Source of the DNA: a virus
Strand: one strand, 5' to 3'
Length of the DNA: 64,000 nt
IMG/VR virus record: IMGVR_UViG_3300033978_000437
A program made the position numbers and the translations under genes. Numbering within the stretch: the first letter of the stretch is position 1; every line of letters begins with the position of its first letter. Under the pieces are notes generated by a model. That model saw only the letters and a list, made by a program, of their open reading frames with translations, had not been told where the DNA came from and searched no databases. This document shows positions 10,206-20,278 of the stretch, in pieces.

Positions 10206-11426
10206 CTAAATATGCTGTAGGCCAGGGTGTCGCTGTCCTTTTAAAGCCACAAGCTCAAAACGTAAGAATTTAAGGTTATTATCTTTGTGGTAGTCCGAAG
10301 GAAACACTTCTAAACAATTAATCTGCTGAAATCTGCAATTAATCTTTCCATTAACTTTAGCGACATTTTTACGAGTGTATGGGGCCATGCTTATTGCACC
10401 AAAATGAGATTGCCACTCTACATCTCCATACCCCATTCCAGAATGCACCTCTGGCACAGTGATTGTCAAATATCCCCCAGGCACTAATGCAGTGTAAGCT
10501 GCGTTCATAAACTCTCTAACTTGCCGTCCCGTTAACCATTGCAATTCAGTATCTGCTTTAATGTGGCCGTAGTTATCAGCACCAAATCCTTGTAGCAGTT
10601 GCCTATCTGCGTCCCACCCGCTGGCTTTTAATTTAGTAATGTCTAGCGTGGGTAAGCTGTTTCGTTGCACCCAAGATTCGATTAAGGGTTGCACATATTT
10701 CTGGCGTAAGCTTAGGGTAGTGTCTTGAATTAATTGGTTTCGAGCCCACACTGTATTATGTGCAAACATTCGATATAGGTACTGACAACCACCTGTATGC
10801 TCAAAATTAGCCCCGCTTATGTATGTCTTAATCATCAACTCGTGATCATCGCAGACAGCTAACTCAGGATTGTGTCCGCCAGCTTTGTAATAAGCTTTTC
10901 GAGACCAACTTCTCACATGGTCGGGACAATAGTAAATCTCAGCTAAAGATCGAGGAGATATGGGAAAGCACCGAGTAGCCTTCAACTTATGCCCATACAC
11001 TTTGATCTCGTAATCTTGCCAGCCATGGTGGGAGGAGTAAGTAAATGGAGAAAAACCAATATTGTCCTTGTGCTTAAATACCGCAGTGTCCGAATAGACA
11101 AAGTCAGCTCCTTCATCAAACTTATCATGTATTTTCTGGAGGCTATCTCCAGGAACAAATAAATCATCATGATCAAATTCAACAAACACATCTCCGGTTG
11201 CCGCATCACAAGCACTGCGTTTTAAAGCTCCAATATTACTGGAGTTAGTTACATCAGCTATCAGCTTTACCCTTGAGTCTTTTCGTATAACTTCTGGTAT
11301 TTTAACATCTTTACCATTGGGCAAAATAACCCATTCCCAATCGGTAATTGTCTGCAATTTTAAAGAATTATAAGCTTCAACTAGATATGTAGGTTTGTGT
11401 GTTGGGGTGAACAAACTTAGTTTCAT
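10206..11426 (-). CDS. GT2-family glycosyltransferase fused to a degenerate SAM-methyltransferase-like domain
   Basis: FTPTHK start, WEWVILPN, ALKRSACDAATGDVFVEFDHDD (DxD), CDDHELM; C-terminal ALVPGGYLTITVP. Confidence 0.8.
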   Translation of the reverse strand: MKLSLFTPTHKPTYLVEAYNSLKLQTITDWEWVILPNGKDVKIPEVIRKDSRVKLIADVTNSSNIGALKRSACDAATGDVFVEFDHDDLFVPGDSLQKIHDKFDEGADFVYSDTAVFKHKDNIGFSPFTYSSHHGWQDYEIKVYGHKLKATRCFPISPRSLAEIYYCPDHVRSWSRKAYYKAGGHNPELAVCDDHELMIKTYISGANFEHTGGCQYLYRMFAHNTVWARNQLIQDTTLSLRQKYVQPLIESWVQRNSLPTLDITKLKASGWDADRQLLQGFGADNYGHIKADTELQWLTGRQVREFMNAAYTALVPGGYLTITVPEVHSGMGYGDVEWQSHFGAISMAPYTRKNVAKVNGKINCRFQQINCLEVFPSDYHKDNNLKFLRFELVALKGQRHPGLQHI

Positions 11427-11447
11427 AACTACTACTTTCTAAAATGA

Positions 11448-11482
11448 AAGATCGACCGGTCATATTGTAACCAGTCGATCTT
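11448..11482 (-). terminator. Hairpin/terminator downstream of capsid-associated small gene
   Basis: AAGATCGAC/GTCGATCTT 9-bp stem followed by TCATTTT on the minus strand. Confidence 0.55.
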
Positions 11483-11523
11483 AAATTGCACACTTTTATA
11501 GAAAGTTTTTCTAAGTAGATGTC

Positions 11524-11898
11524 TTAGCTATTGCCAGCTAAAACAGCCGCTTCATGGGCTTTCAAAGAAAGTATTGAGCTGTAAATAGCGGGGTCGTTAG
11601 CTAGATCATATGTTGCCTGCTTCACTGCAAAATCCTGTGCTTCTGGTGTAGAAGTTAAAGCAGCATTAAGACCAGCGACAGCAGAGCCAAAACGGCTATG
11701 GTCGGCAGCTTGCTTCTCAGGACTTTCAATGTGACGAAGTTGTCCAGCAAGTGCAAATAAGTCTGAGACTTCTGCTTCAGTACTAGGAACAATGCCGTAA
11801 CTGGCCAACTTGTTCAAAAATACTTGAGCATGCACATTGTTAAACAAATAGTTGTAAGCATCATTAGGATTAGGTAGACCGTTTGAATTCGCAGACAT
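11524..11898 (-). CDS. Capsid-associated small protein
   Basis: 124 aa just downstream of MCP; SD GGAG; EKQA and VKQA motifs. Confidence 0.6.
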   Translation of the reverse strand: MSANSNGLPNPNDAYNYLFNNVHAQVFLNKLASYGIVPSTEAEVSDLFALAGQLRHIESPEKQAADHSRFGSAVAGLNAALTSTPEAQDFAVKQATYDLANDPAIYSSILSLKAHEAAVLAGNS

Positions 11899-11907
11899 GT
11901 TAATTTC

Positions 11908-11925
11908 TCCAATTCTGGATTTTAA
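11908..11925. promoter_or_regulatory. Copy of 18-bp intergenic motif overlapping an SD
   Basis: Minus strand TTAAAATCCAGAATTGGA. Confidence 0.5.
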
Positions 11926-11927
11926 GA

Positions 11928-11959
11928 TAAGTTAGCCCCACAAATGTAGGGCTAACTTA
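11928..11959 (-). terminator. Hairpin downstream of major capsid gene
   Basis: TAAGTTAGCCC/GGGCTAACTTA 11-bp stem; weak U tract. Confidence 0.55.
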
Positions 11960-11968
11960 AACCTATGT

Positions 11969-12916
11969 TTAGGTAAAGTCAACCCTAGCAAGACCAGAGG
12001 TATGACCAATGGTGCCACCTAAGGTTTCATAAGCAAAGAATTCGATAAAATACGCTTCACGACGGATGTACATCGTGGTGTCTTCTATCAGGTAGCTCTT
12101 GCCGATAAATTTAGGGTCAGCGAAATGATACATCGTACCAGTTGGGACAAGTCCCTTCTTAATAGTGATGATCCACTGAACACCCATAAATTCGCTGTAG
12201 GTCCAACCATTACGCATAATCTCTTCACTAAGATCGCCACCCATATCATTACGATTGAGTTTGGCAACTTCTTTGATAGTGATGTTATTAAGCAAAACGG
12301 AATGAACTTCAAGATTAGAAGGAGTGCCTGGCATAATCTTAAAGCTGTCCCACAGGTTGCTGCGGGTTACCCCACCGCTAAGCTGTTTGTACTGGATTAC
12401 TCCAGAAGTAGGAACAGTTGTTCCTGCGCCAACAAGAGCAGTGTTGACCGCAGAAATAAATTTGCCATCTTCTTCCGCTAACATATCCTTAATGGCATTA
12501 TCGGATAGGATTTGTCTGATATCCATATGCCATGTGCGAAGTTCATCCACATCCTTCGTGAATTTAGGGGTCACGATGCGGTCAAAGGTAACTCGGTACC
12601 TATCACCACGGATGTACAAGTTGGTAGGAAGCGTGGCAAAAGGAATTGAGATTGCTGCTGGAGAATCTGGTTCCTTGTCCACGATCTTTACAGGCTTGTC
12701 CGTGTCAACTTGACGATCAAGATCGTCGTTGCTGAGTGGGATTGGTGGCATAATACGTCTGTAGAAGCCATCTTCACGCATCTTAGTCCTAGTGAAGTCG
12801 TTGACAGCGTCAACAGCTTGCTTTTCTAGGTTAGAGTCACGGGAAGCCAATTTTTCAAAAATTGTCTGACTAAGAAGTTTGCTTTCTTCTTGAGTCATGA
12901 TACTAGAATTAGCCAT
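11969..12916 (-). CDS. Major capsid protein (HK97 fold)
   Basis: 315 aa; pattern RIVTPKFTKDVDELRT...DIRQILSDNAIKDMLAEEDGKFI; follows protease-scaffold-decoration; strong SD AAGGAGG; N-terminal LEKQA. Confidence 0.8.
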   Translation of the reverse strand: MANSSIMTQEESKLLSQTIFEKLASRDSNLEKQAVDAVNDFTRTKMREDGFYRRIMPPIPLSNDDLDRQVDTDKPVKIVDKEPDSPAAISIPFATLPTNLYIRGDRYRVTFDRIVTPKFTKDVDELRTWHMDIRQILSDNAIKDMLAEEDGKFISAVNTALVGAGTTVPTSGVIQYKQLSGGVTRSNLWDSFKIMPGTPSNLEVHSVLLNNITIKEVAKLNRNDMGGDLSEEIMRNGWTYSEFMGVQWIITIKKGLVPTGTMYHFADPKFIGKSYLIEDTTMYIRREAYFIEFFAYETLGGTIGHTSGLARVDFT

Positions 12917-12939
12917 TTATAAGAACCTCCTTGTTATAC

Positions 12940-12962
12940 CAGTCAAGCTTGCGGCTTGACTG
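12940..12962 (-). promoter_or_regulatory. Stem-loop just upstream of the MCP ribosome-binding site
   Basis: CAGTCAAGC/GCTTGACTG perfect 9-bp stem, no U tract. Confidence 0.45.
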
Positions 12963-12985
12963 AGTCAAGATTAAGAGAAAAGTTA

Positions 12986-13516
12986 TTAAGCAGTAGGGAA
13001 CACAGGGCAAGGCCAGAATGCCAAAGCATTCTTGCCGTAACCATTGTCCACAACGCCACGGGAAACAAGACCAACAATCATGTTGGTGTACATTGTGCCT
13101 GCAGAAAGCTTGCCTGCGTTACCACCACTGGTAGCAGAGGTTAAAGCAGCATTGGGGGCATAAGAACCAGATACATACGAAGTCGTTACCAACTCATATG
13201 CACCAGTTGCAACCAACGCTAATGCTTGGCCGGTGGGGCCAATTGGGATGAATACACCCTTAACAGTGGAGGCATCGCCACCATCGTTAACAATATCTGG
13301 GTCATCAGAATTGGCGAAGAGAAACATAGGCATAACCTTAAGGTTGCCAACGCCAAGAATGAATTTACCAGAAGAATTCAAAGAAACGACAGAACCTGCA
13401 GGAACAACAGAAGTTACACTAGCATCGAATGCTGCGGTGTAATCTACTGCGTTCATCTGTGGCCAACCCTTCAACGCATTGAGAGTGTTGGCAGTCATTT
13501 GCCGTGGAGCAGCCAT
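12986..13516 (-). CDS. Head decoration/cement protein
   Basis: 176 aa, Gly/Ala-rich beta protein directly upstream of MCP (SYAPNAALTS...GLVSRG); SD AGGAGG. Confidence 0.6.
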   Translation of the reverse strand: MAAPRQMTANTLNALKGWPQMNAVDYTAAFDASVTSVVPAGSVVSLNSSGKFILGVGNLKVMPMFLFANSDDPDIVNDGGDASTVKGVFIPIGPTGQALALVATGAYELVTTSYVSGSYAPNAALTSATSGGNAGKLSAGTMYTNMIVGLVSRGVVDNGYGKNALAFWPCPVFPTA

Positions 13517-13572
13517 AATTGTCCTCCTAAGACCAAATTAAGACTCATAACGAGTCTTTAGTGTTAAAGTAG

Positions 13573-14013
13573 TTAAGAACGAGGGGCGTCCATAACCGCC
13601 CAAATTGCCACATCCGATGCCTTCTTTTCAGAAGTACGTCGGCCTACATACGGATCATTTAAACTGGTACGGCCTTTGAGACCGGGCTTAATGCCTGCCT
13701 CTCTGTCCGAAACAGCTTGTCCAAGGTCAGAGCCAGTCTTCTCAGCAGCAGTTTTAAACTGATACATTTTGTCAACGGCATTGACCAACAAGTCTAAACT
13801 TTGGGCATGATTGCTCAACATCGCAACAGCTGCCTGTTTTTGATGGGGAGCAACACAACCAGTCCGCTCTAACTGAGCAAGAACAGCAGACTGCTTATCG
13901 GCAGCTTGCTTATCTTGCACATAGCGTGCTTTTGCGTGCTTCAATAATCGATCATTTAATGTCGAGGTGACAGCAATGTATTCGATCATCTGAGCTGCTA
14001 ACTTTGTGTTCAC
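13573..14013 (-). CDS. Head morphogenesis protein, helical, multiple KxA motifs
   Basis: GTG start with SD GGAGG; DKQA, DKQS, QKQA, FKTA, EKTG. Confidence 0.55.
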   Translation of the reverse strand: MNTKLAAQMIEYIAVTSTLNDRLLKHAKARYVQDKQAADKQSAVLAQLERTGCVAPHQKQAAVAMLSNHAQSLDLLVNAVDKMYQFKTAAEKTGSDLGQAVSDREAGIKPGLKGRTSLNDPYVGRRTSEKKASDVAIWAVMDAPRS

Positions 14014-14049
14014 TGTATAAATCCTCCAAGAATAGATTTTAAAGAAAGA

Positions 14050-15255
14050 TTAACGGCGGGAACGTTCTAGAACTTCTTGAATGTAATCCCGCACATTTTT
14101 ATTAGCTGCACCTTTTTTAGCTGCTGCTTGTTTATAAGCGGCTTCAACTTCCATGTTAGGGGCAGCATTAGCCATCTCTGGAGGAGCACCACCGCCCATG
14201 GAAGGATCCATAGGAGAAGCGCCACCTTCACCACCTTCAGAACCTTGGCCGGCCATGGCCGCTTCTAGTTCTTCGGGAGAAATGCCAAGTTGGTCTAAAA
14301 CAGCTGCTAACTGCTCTACATCGTCGCCACCTTCGCCCTCTGGAGCTGCGCCACCGCCCATGGCACCAGCCATGGCAGCTTCGTCACCACCACTCGCAGG
14401 AGTCATACCACCAGCAGAAGGATCCATCTCTGGAGGCATTTCTTCGCCTTCAGCTTGCTTACGCAATTCATTTTGATAACTGTGTAAGTAAACTGCGGCT
14501 TTGTCTGCATCGTCATTAGCAGTCTTGATGATTTCGCTCAAAGTAGAATACACAAGGGAGTCAGCAGCTCGTTTATCGAACTGACCACTCAATAATCCTG
14601 CAAGTTCCCAGCCAGCTTGGCCAGCAAGATCTACTGCACCTTTTTCTTCCATTATGTCAGATGCAGAGTCAGAATCTGAATCAGATTTGCGGGCTTCTTC
14701 GTCATCATCGTGGAATTCTGCGTTCTTTGTCAAAGAGACAAGAACACGGTTTCCAAGATCATTAGAAAGCTTGTGCAATTCTGCAGTGGACATAGATGCA
14801 TATTTATTGCCATCTAATTCACTATTGTCAGTGCTAGCAGGATGTGAAGTTTCCACATCGTCTTTTTCAGCTTTTACTGAAGAGGTTTCCACTGAAGGAT
14901 CCTCTCCGGTTGGTTGCTTATTCGTGCCAATCTGCAGCTGATCATCTGCAGCAGATCCAGTAGGATCCTTTTCAGCAGCCCACTTATTTGCAGAAGCTCG
15001 CTTCTTAGCTGCAGCTTTTTTAGCATTTTCAACAGATGCTGGGCCTTGGTCGGCCTTTACATCTGCTGTGTTTTCTGCAGAACGTGCACCTTCTGATGCA
15101 TCTTCTGTAGAATCATCCACGTCTTTCACAGGGTGGGTGGTTTCTCCGCCAATGCTGCCTGCTTCTGTATTAGCCGCTGCATTCTTTTCGGAATAACCAA
15201 CCGCCTTTAGAAAGCGATCAATAGAGTCTATTTGATTCTTAACTGTTGTCGCCAT
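14050..15255 (-). CDS. Capsid scaffold protein
   Basis: 401 aa, acidic and low-complexity, between protease and capsid genes; SD AAGGAG; many KxA motifs. Confidence 0.65.
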   Translation of the reverse strand: MATTVKNQIDSIDRFLKAVGYSEKNAAANTEAGSIGGETTHPVKDVDDSTEDASEGARSAENTADVKADQGPASVENAKKAAAKKRASANKWAAEKDPTGSAADDQLQIGTNKQPTGEDPSVETSSVKAEKDDVETSHPASTDNSELDGNKYASMSTAELHKLSNDLGNRVLVSLTKNAEFHDDDEEARKSDSDSDSASDIMEEKGAVDLAGQAGWELAGLLSGQFDKRAADSLVYSTLSEIIKTANDDADKAAVYLHSYQNELRKQAEGEEMPPEMDPSAGGMTPASGGDEAAMAGAMGGGAAPEGEGGDDVEQLAAVLDQLGISPEELEAAMAGQGSEGGEGGASPMDPSMGGGAPPEMANAAPNMEVEAAYKQAAAKKGAANKNVRDYIQEVLERSRR

Positions 15256-15296
15256 TTAAAAATACTCCTTACAAAACGGCACCGAGTTTCGATGAC

Positions 15297-16775
15297 CTAG
15301 TTAAATATTCGATTCTGACGCAGACTTAACTTAACTGTTGAGGTAAAGTCATTGTCTGTTGCAGCTAGCCTCCACAATCCTGCTAGCTTATACATTGCAT
15401 ATTCTTTGGCTAGGCTTTCACCTTCCAAATTACATGCAGCTGCTTTTTGACGAATCACAGGGGCAGCCTGCCCCCGGATACAACTCAAGAAACTTCGGTC
15501 TTCAACCGCAGATCGATGAAGCGAATGACTCGCAGTCAAAGTAGCGGCGAATGCCTTAGAACTTTCATTAGCTGTCTTGTCAATAAATGAACATGCACCA
15601 CGTTCAATCTCAATAGGCAAAGATTCATCCGCAGCCATTCTTGTATATATTTCTGGAAGTATTAAAGCTGCAGATTTCATATGCTCTTCGTGTCCTGCCA
15701 ATCGTGCATAATCAAATAATGTTAAAAATATTTTATTATCTGCCAACGCAGCTAACTGTTTGCTGCATTGCTCCGAACCTAGTTTCGCCAGCCTTTCTAT
15801 AGGGAAAGCTGAGGTTGCTACCGCTCGATAAGTACCAGCATCTCCCATCTCAGCAAATTTTTCAAGAGCAGCTAGCCCATATCCTAATTTAACTTGAGCA
15901 GTATTTTTCTCTGACCATAAACCATTTCTTCCCGATTGATAAAGAATTACATCCAGCGGAGCGGTAGAGGCAGAAGCCAACTTAATATAATCTTGCAATT
16001 CAAATATGCCGGAATCTGCTGCAGCTTTTGTTAAGTAATCCGCCCTAGCCCCATAAGCAATACGATCCGCAGGCCGAAATACTCGGCTAATATCGAACCA
16101 TACAGGGTTAGGATTGTCTACATGTAGGTGATGCACATCGCTGCCTACTTTTACTAATCTAGTAAGATTATCCTTACAGCCACCTGCTGCACACTTTTCT
16201 CTTGTGCAGTATTCCTCCCTAGTCTTAGCTGCGTGTTTGCAGAAGGAACAAACATCATGAGGAACACGGCAAGCCATGCTCACTGGAATGTCATCTCCCT
16301 TTGCAATCTTTTCTAATTCTGTGTCTGCAACAAAACCACCATTTCGATCTGCTGCAGATTTACTAGCATTCAACGCACAAAGCAACTCCACTCGACGCAT
16401 ATCTTCGTTGTAGGCAGAAGCTTTAACAACCCCATAGAAAGGGTCGCCTCGTTCTGCTTTGTTTTTATGATTGCGGAAGAACTTGGCAAATTTAACAAAG
16501 GTAGCATGATGATCTCGGCAAGTGGCTTCTTTAAAACCATCACCATTGCGGTTAGGGCCATAAGCTTCACTAGCACCTAATGCAATCAAATGCACAGGAA
16601 CCTCATCTTTGGCAAACTTGACATTGTCTAACTGAGGTAAGAAGGTATGACTAGCCCGCTTTAAAAAATCTTGTCGATCATTACCAATCAACCCACGACT
16701 GCTCACCTTGATCGGTGAAACGATTTGTTCTGCAAAATCCCAACCAGACGGAGAAACAAATTTAATCAGTGCCAT
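15297..16775 (-). CDS. Prohead (head maturation) protease with C-terminal extension
   Basis: HLIALGASEAYGPNRNGDGF, FFRNHKNK and IPVSMACRVPHDVCSFC...EEYC motifs typical of HK97-type prohead proteases with a Cys cluster; upstream of scaffold. Confidence 0.7.
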   Translation of the reverse strand: MALIKFVSPSGWDFAEQIVSPIKVSSRGLIGNDRQDFLKRASHTFLPQLDNVKFAKDEVPVHLIALGASEAYGPNRNGDGFKEATCRDHHATFVKFAKFFRNHKNKAERGDPFYGVVKASAYNEDMRRVELLCALNASKSAADRNGGFVADTELEKIAKGDDIPVSMACRVPHDVCSFCKHAAKTREEYCTREKCAAGGCKDNLTRLVKVGSDVHHLHVDNPNPVWFDISRVFRPADRIAYGARADYLTKAAADSGIFELQDYIKLASASTAPLDVILYQSGRNGLWSEKNTAQVKLGYGLAALEKFAEMGDAGTYRAVATSAFPIERLAKLGSEQCSKQLAALADNKIFLTLFDYARLAGHEEHMKSAALILPEIYTRMAADESLPIEIERGACSFIDKTANESSKAFAATLTASHSLHRSAVEDRSFLSCIRGQAAPVIRQKAAACNLEGESLAKEYAMYKLAGLWRLAATDNDFTSTVKLSLRQNRIFN

Positions 16776-16787
16776 AGTTATTCTCCA

Positions 16788-17909
16788 TTACTGCATTGTG
16801 TTAGCTGTTTGATCGGGCATGACTAGTGCATTTAATACATCTTTAGCACTGTTGCGATTTGCATCACCTTGTCTGTAGTGGTTACGTATGATTCCGCTTC
16901 CAACGCCCCAACCACCAGCTAACAATCCTAGTAAACCTAATTTCCCAGGTCGTAGCTTCCCGAGTGCATTACGCATCCCCGTTACTTTAGAGGCTTCTAT
17001 AATTTCTTTAGCTGCTGCATCGCCCATGGCCGATTGTAATTTAGTGTTCAACAAACCTGGAGCTACACCTGGAATTAAACTTTTAGGCAACATTGCCCTA
17101 ATCTCATCAACGGTTAAACTAGCTGGTTTTCCCGTACTCGGAAACACCTTCTGAAATCGAGCAGTGTCTATTAGAGGGGGACCGGAAGTGCCAGCGGCAG
17201 ACCCCTTAGGAGGCGGTCCTAAAGTTTGCAATCTTGCACTTATGTTTTCTGCAGCTGCGGTAGGATCATATACTCCCTTAGCGGCTACATAAGCCCCAGC
17301 CCCACCAGCTGCCGCTGTGTTTAGCCCATGTGCAGTGTAGTTGACAATTTCTGGCATACTACTTTCTGCGGTGTTTTGTAATTCGTTTATTTCATTTAAT
17401 TGTTCAGCTGGTGACTTGCTTTTAATGTGAGCGGCTATTTGTCTGGATTTAGAAGCATCAGGAGGAAGGGCAGAAGTTAGCCCAGGCTTTTTTTCAAAGT
17501 GTAAAGCTTTGCCTAGTGCATCCGGATTAAATGCCAACCCAAGACCACCACCTAGCGCACCACCAGCCAACCCACCTTGCAATGCTTTCCAGCCTGCACC
17601 TTCTTCGCCATTCAATAAAGCAGAGGCTCCGCCTGCACCTGCCCCAAGACCTGCTCCAGCTAGCCCAGATAGCAGAACATTACGAGTAGAGTCGTCCATT
17701 CCGCCAAATCCGGATTTTAAAGAATCAAGCAATCCAGATTCTGCAAGCTTTTCTATGTAGTCAGCACCGATATCTCTTAAAGGAAAAGAAGTAGCCATAG
17801 CCTCTTTGGACATACGCTGAATATGCCCAGAGTCTAAAGCTTGCTTCCTAGCAGCCAATAGCTGCAAACCTTGGGAATAAGTAATGTTACTTAGAGTTAT
17901 CGGTGTCAT
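16788..17909 (-). CDS. Glycine-zipper membrane-type virion protein
   Basis: GLAGAGLGAGAGGASA, GGLAGGALGGGLGLA and two further hydrophobic Gly-rich segments; IEKLA motif; no Cys. Confidence 0.6.
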   Translation of the reverse strand: MTPITLSNITYSQGLQLLAARKQALDSGHIQRMSKEAMATSFPLRDIGADYIEKLAESGLLDSLKSGFGGMDDSTRNVLLSGLAGAGLGAGAGGASALLNGEEGAGWKALQGGLAGGALGGGLGLAFNPDALGKALHFEKKPGLTSALPPDASKSRQIAAHIKSKSPAEQLNEINELQNTAESSMPEIVNYTAHGLNTAAAGGAGAYVAAKGVYDPTAAAENISARLQTLGPPPKGSAAGTSGPPLIDTARFQKVFPSTGKPASLTVDEIRAMLPKSLIPGVAPGLLNTKLQSAMGDAAAKEIIEASKVTGMRNALGKLRPGKLGLLGLLAGGWGVGSGIIRNHYRQGDANRNSAKDVLNALVMPDQTANTMQ

Positions 17910-19266
17910 TTTTTGCCTTTACTCTTTGTGCTTGGTTGGAAATATTAGAGTCACTTTGAGTATCTTTAAGACTTCCTTCCATTTTAAGCAATTCAGCAAC
18001 TTCGAAAGGTTCTGTGTTGCCTATCATACGCTTGTTCAACAATGGCCCAATACCCCCAGACTGATCGGCTAGACGAGGAGACAGCTGAACCATTTCATTA
18101 TATTTACTTAGCACATCCTCAGGATCATACTGACTTAAAGGGTTATCAGGATCACTCATTAACTGAGTAAGTACTGTCTGTGCCCTAATCTTACGCAGTT
18201 CATTTACATGCTCAGGGCTATCTAACTTATTTATTTGGCGTTCCACATCTTTGTCATGCTCGCCACCTACGCCCTCTGCTAGATTGCGTGCTAACCCAAA
18301 CCCAGCTCCGCTAGCAAACATACCTGAGGCCGTACCCCCTTGTTTTTCTCCCATAATATTAGAATGGAGAGGCAAACAAGGTTCGCTATTAGAGTACGGC
18401 TGGTAAAAAGAAGCTGTAAGCTCTTTGGCTTCTGCTAATTTAATTTCGGCTTTTTGCAAAGCTTCTGAAGCTTTGTAATAGTCTTTAGCTTGTTTTATCG
18501 TGGCATCGATTAAGGTGTAGGGTTCTTTTTTCCAATCTGCTTCTTGTTGAAACCCTGCCCAACTAGCTTTGTGATCTGATGCTCTTTTTTCTTTCGTAAA
18601 CTGCCCTGCAACATGGTCCATAAGCGACTTGCCTACAGCACCACGACAGACAGAAACTGCGTGTTCTACTTGTGCTAAGGGCAAGCGATCTTGAGCAAAC
18701 TTACGGAAGTAGCTTTCCAACAAATGAAGCTTAAGGTTTAGCCTATCTTCATTTGCTGACTTTTCTCGTCTAGCTTCTTCAGCCATTCGACGACAGTAGT
18801 CAAAGTTTGAATAGCTTTTTGCAATTTTATTGGTGGCATGTTCTGCTGCTGCTAGCGGGTGAGGTTCCACCTCTGCTGCTGATTTCTCTAATGTACTTAA
18901 ATCCATGCTAAGCAATTGCTGTCTTGCTTGCTCTTCATACGAAGCAAAAGTAGGAGGAAAAAAAGATACTGAAGCAACTTTCTCTACCTTTTGCCCCCAG
19001 ATCTGATCATGAACAGTAGCGTAGTCCGCTAGACTAAAACTAGCGAGCTTATCCAGCACGGAATCATTAGCGTTCCATTGTGCTAGCTGTCTCCCAGTAT
19101 TAAAAGCGTTGCAAGCTGCTTTTAAAAAGCCTGGGGAAAACTGCATATGTTTAGCTACCTTGTGCATGGCATCATTAGGCAGCATGTTTTGGTTATCCAC
19201 CAAATCCACGGCCATTTTAACGCCATCCAGTAGCTGCTGTTCGTCTGACTTACTTAGTGCTTGCAT
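17887..19266 (-). CDS. Helical head-associated hypothetical protein
   Basis: Start moved to ATG 19266 (SD GGAGGAG); EKVA, EKSA, EKQG motifs. Confidence 0.6.
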   Translation of the reverse strand: MQALSKSDEQQLLDGVKMAVDLVDNQNMLPNDAMHKVAKHMQFSPGFLKAACNAFNTGRQLAQWNANDSVLDKLASFSLADYATVHDQIWGQKVEKVASVSFFPPTFASYEEQARQQLLSMDLSTLEKSAAEVEPHPLAAAEHATNKIAKSYSNFDYCRRMAEEARREKSANEDRLNLKLHLLESYFRKFAQDRLPLAQVEHAVSVCRGAVGKSLMDHVAGQFTKEKRASDHKASWAGFQQEADWKKEPYTLIDATIKQAKDYYKASEALQKAEIKLAEAKELTASFYQPYSNSEPCLPLHSNIMGEKQGGTASGMFASGAGFGLARNLAEGVGGEHDKDVERQINKLDSPEHVNELRKIRAQTVLTQLMSDPDNPLSQYDPEDVLSKYNEMVQLSPRLADQSGGIGPLLNKRMIGNTEPFEVAELLKMEGSLKDTQSDSNISNQAQRVKAKNDTDNSK

Positions 19267-20272
19267 TTTTTTCTGGCTCCTCCCGTTTGTAAACATCAAC
19301 ACCTGTATCGTGTTCCAATACGGGTAAATTAGTTCCAGCTGCGATCAAAATAGCTTCTTCTGAATTCAACTCAACTGGTCCCATATCATACTTACCAACA
19401 GGGGTTCCTTGATATAACTGTTCCCCGTTTTTCCCAATACTCCAAGGAATTTCTAACATCATTGCACTGACATTCTTCTCGAACTCATTGTGCCTTACTT
19501 CTTGGCTCTTATCCGATCTTTGCAATTCCATCAGCCTTACATGTGTGTTGAGCAATTCCATCACATTGTACTTGTTCACTTCAAACTGACCCGCTGCTTG
19601 TGCACTGCGGCGCTGTACTTGAAGAGTGAGCTGGCTGTTAAAGAACTCCGATAAATTATCTGTATTTAATACATGATTATTACGACGAAATCCACTAATC
19701 ATTACATCGCACACCAAGGGTCCGCCAAAATATGCAAAGAATTTTAAAGGTAAGTCTAACTGTGATCGCATAAGCCCAGCAGCGATAATTGGCTGAGATG
19801 CTTCATCACTGTCATGTGGTGCCTGCTCCACAAATCGGTCGGATGCGGGCAGAAGCACATTCTTTACAATCCAATCATGATGAGACAAGAAATCAGATAC
19901 ATTAAAGAATAATCGCTCATACCATTGGATAGTTTCAGGTATAGTTTTGCAATCATTAGCTATGCTCTCGATAGATGCCCCAGCTAGCAGTCTAGCCTCG
20001 ATCATCAATGTCAACTCAGGTTCAACAGCTAATCGGTCATACAAACTATAGGCAAAGTATAAGCCAGGGTTTTCATAGAGAAGCTTCTCTCTATGCCCTT
20101 CACCTTTGTTCCAGAAAAACAAGAACTTCTTATATTCTTGAATCCACTGATCATCAAATCGTTTACATCGCTCGGGAGGAACACTTCGAAGCATACGAAG
20201 TACCCGCTCATGCCTCCAGTAGGGGCGAAGAAATGGGTCAGCGAGGCGTACGTCCTTGTAACTTTTCAACAC
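19250..20272 (-). CDS. Hypothetical protein
   Basis: 340-aa ORF in the head gene cluster; SD AGGAG. Confidence 0.6.
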   Translation of the reverse strand: MLKSYKDVRLADPFLRPYWRHERVLRMLRSVPPERCKRFDDQWIQEYKKFLFFWNKGEGHREKLLYENPGLYFAYSLYDRLAVEPELTLMIEARLLAGASIESIANDCKTIPETIQWYERLFFNVSDFLSHHDWIVKNVLLPASDRFVEQAPHDSDEASQPIIAAGLMRSQLDLPLKFFAYFGGPLVCDVMISGFRRNNHVLNTDNLSEFFNSQLTLQVQRRSAQAAGQFEVNKYNVMELLNTHVRLMELQRSDKSQEVRHNEFEKNVSAMMLEIPWSIGKNGEQLYQGTPVGKYDMGPVELNSEEAILIAAGTNLPVLEHDTGVDVYKREEPEKNASTK

Positions 20273-20278
20273 TAACTC

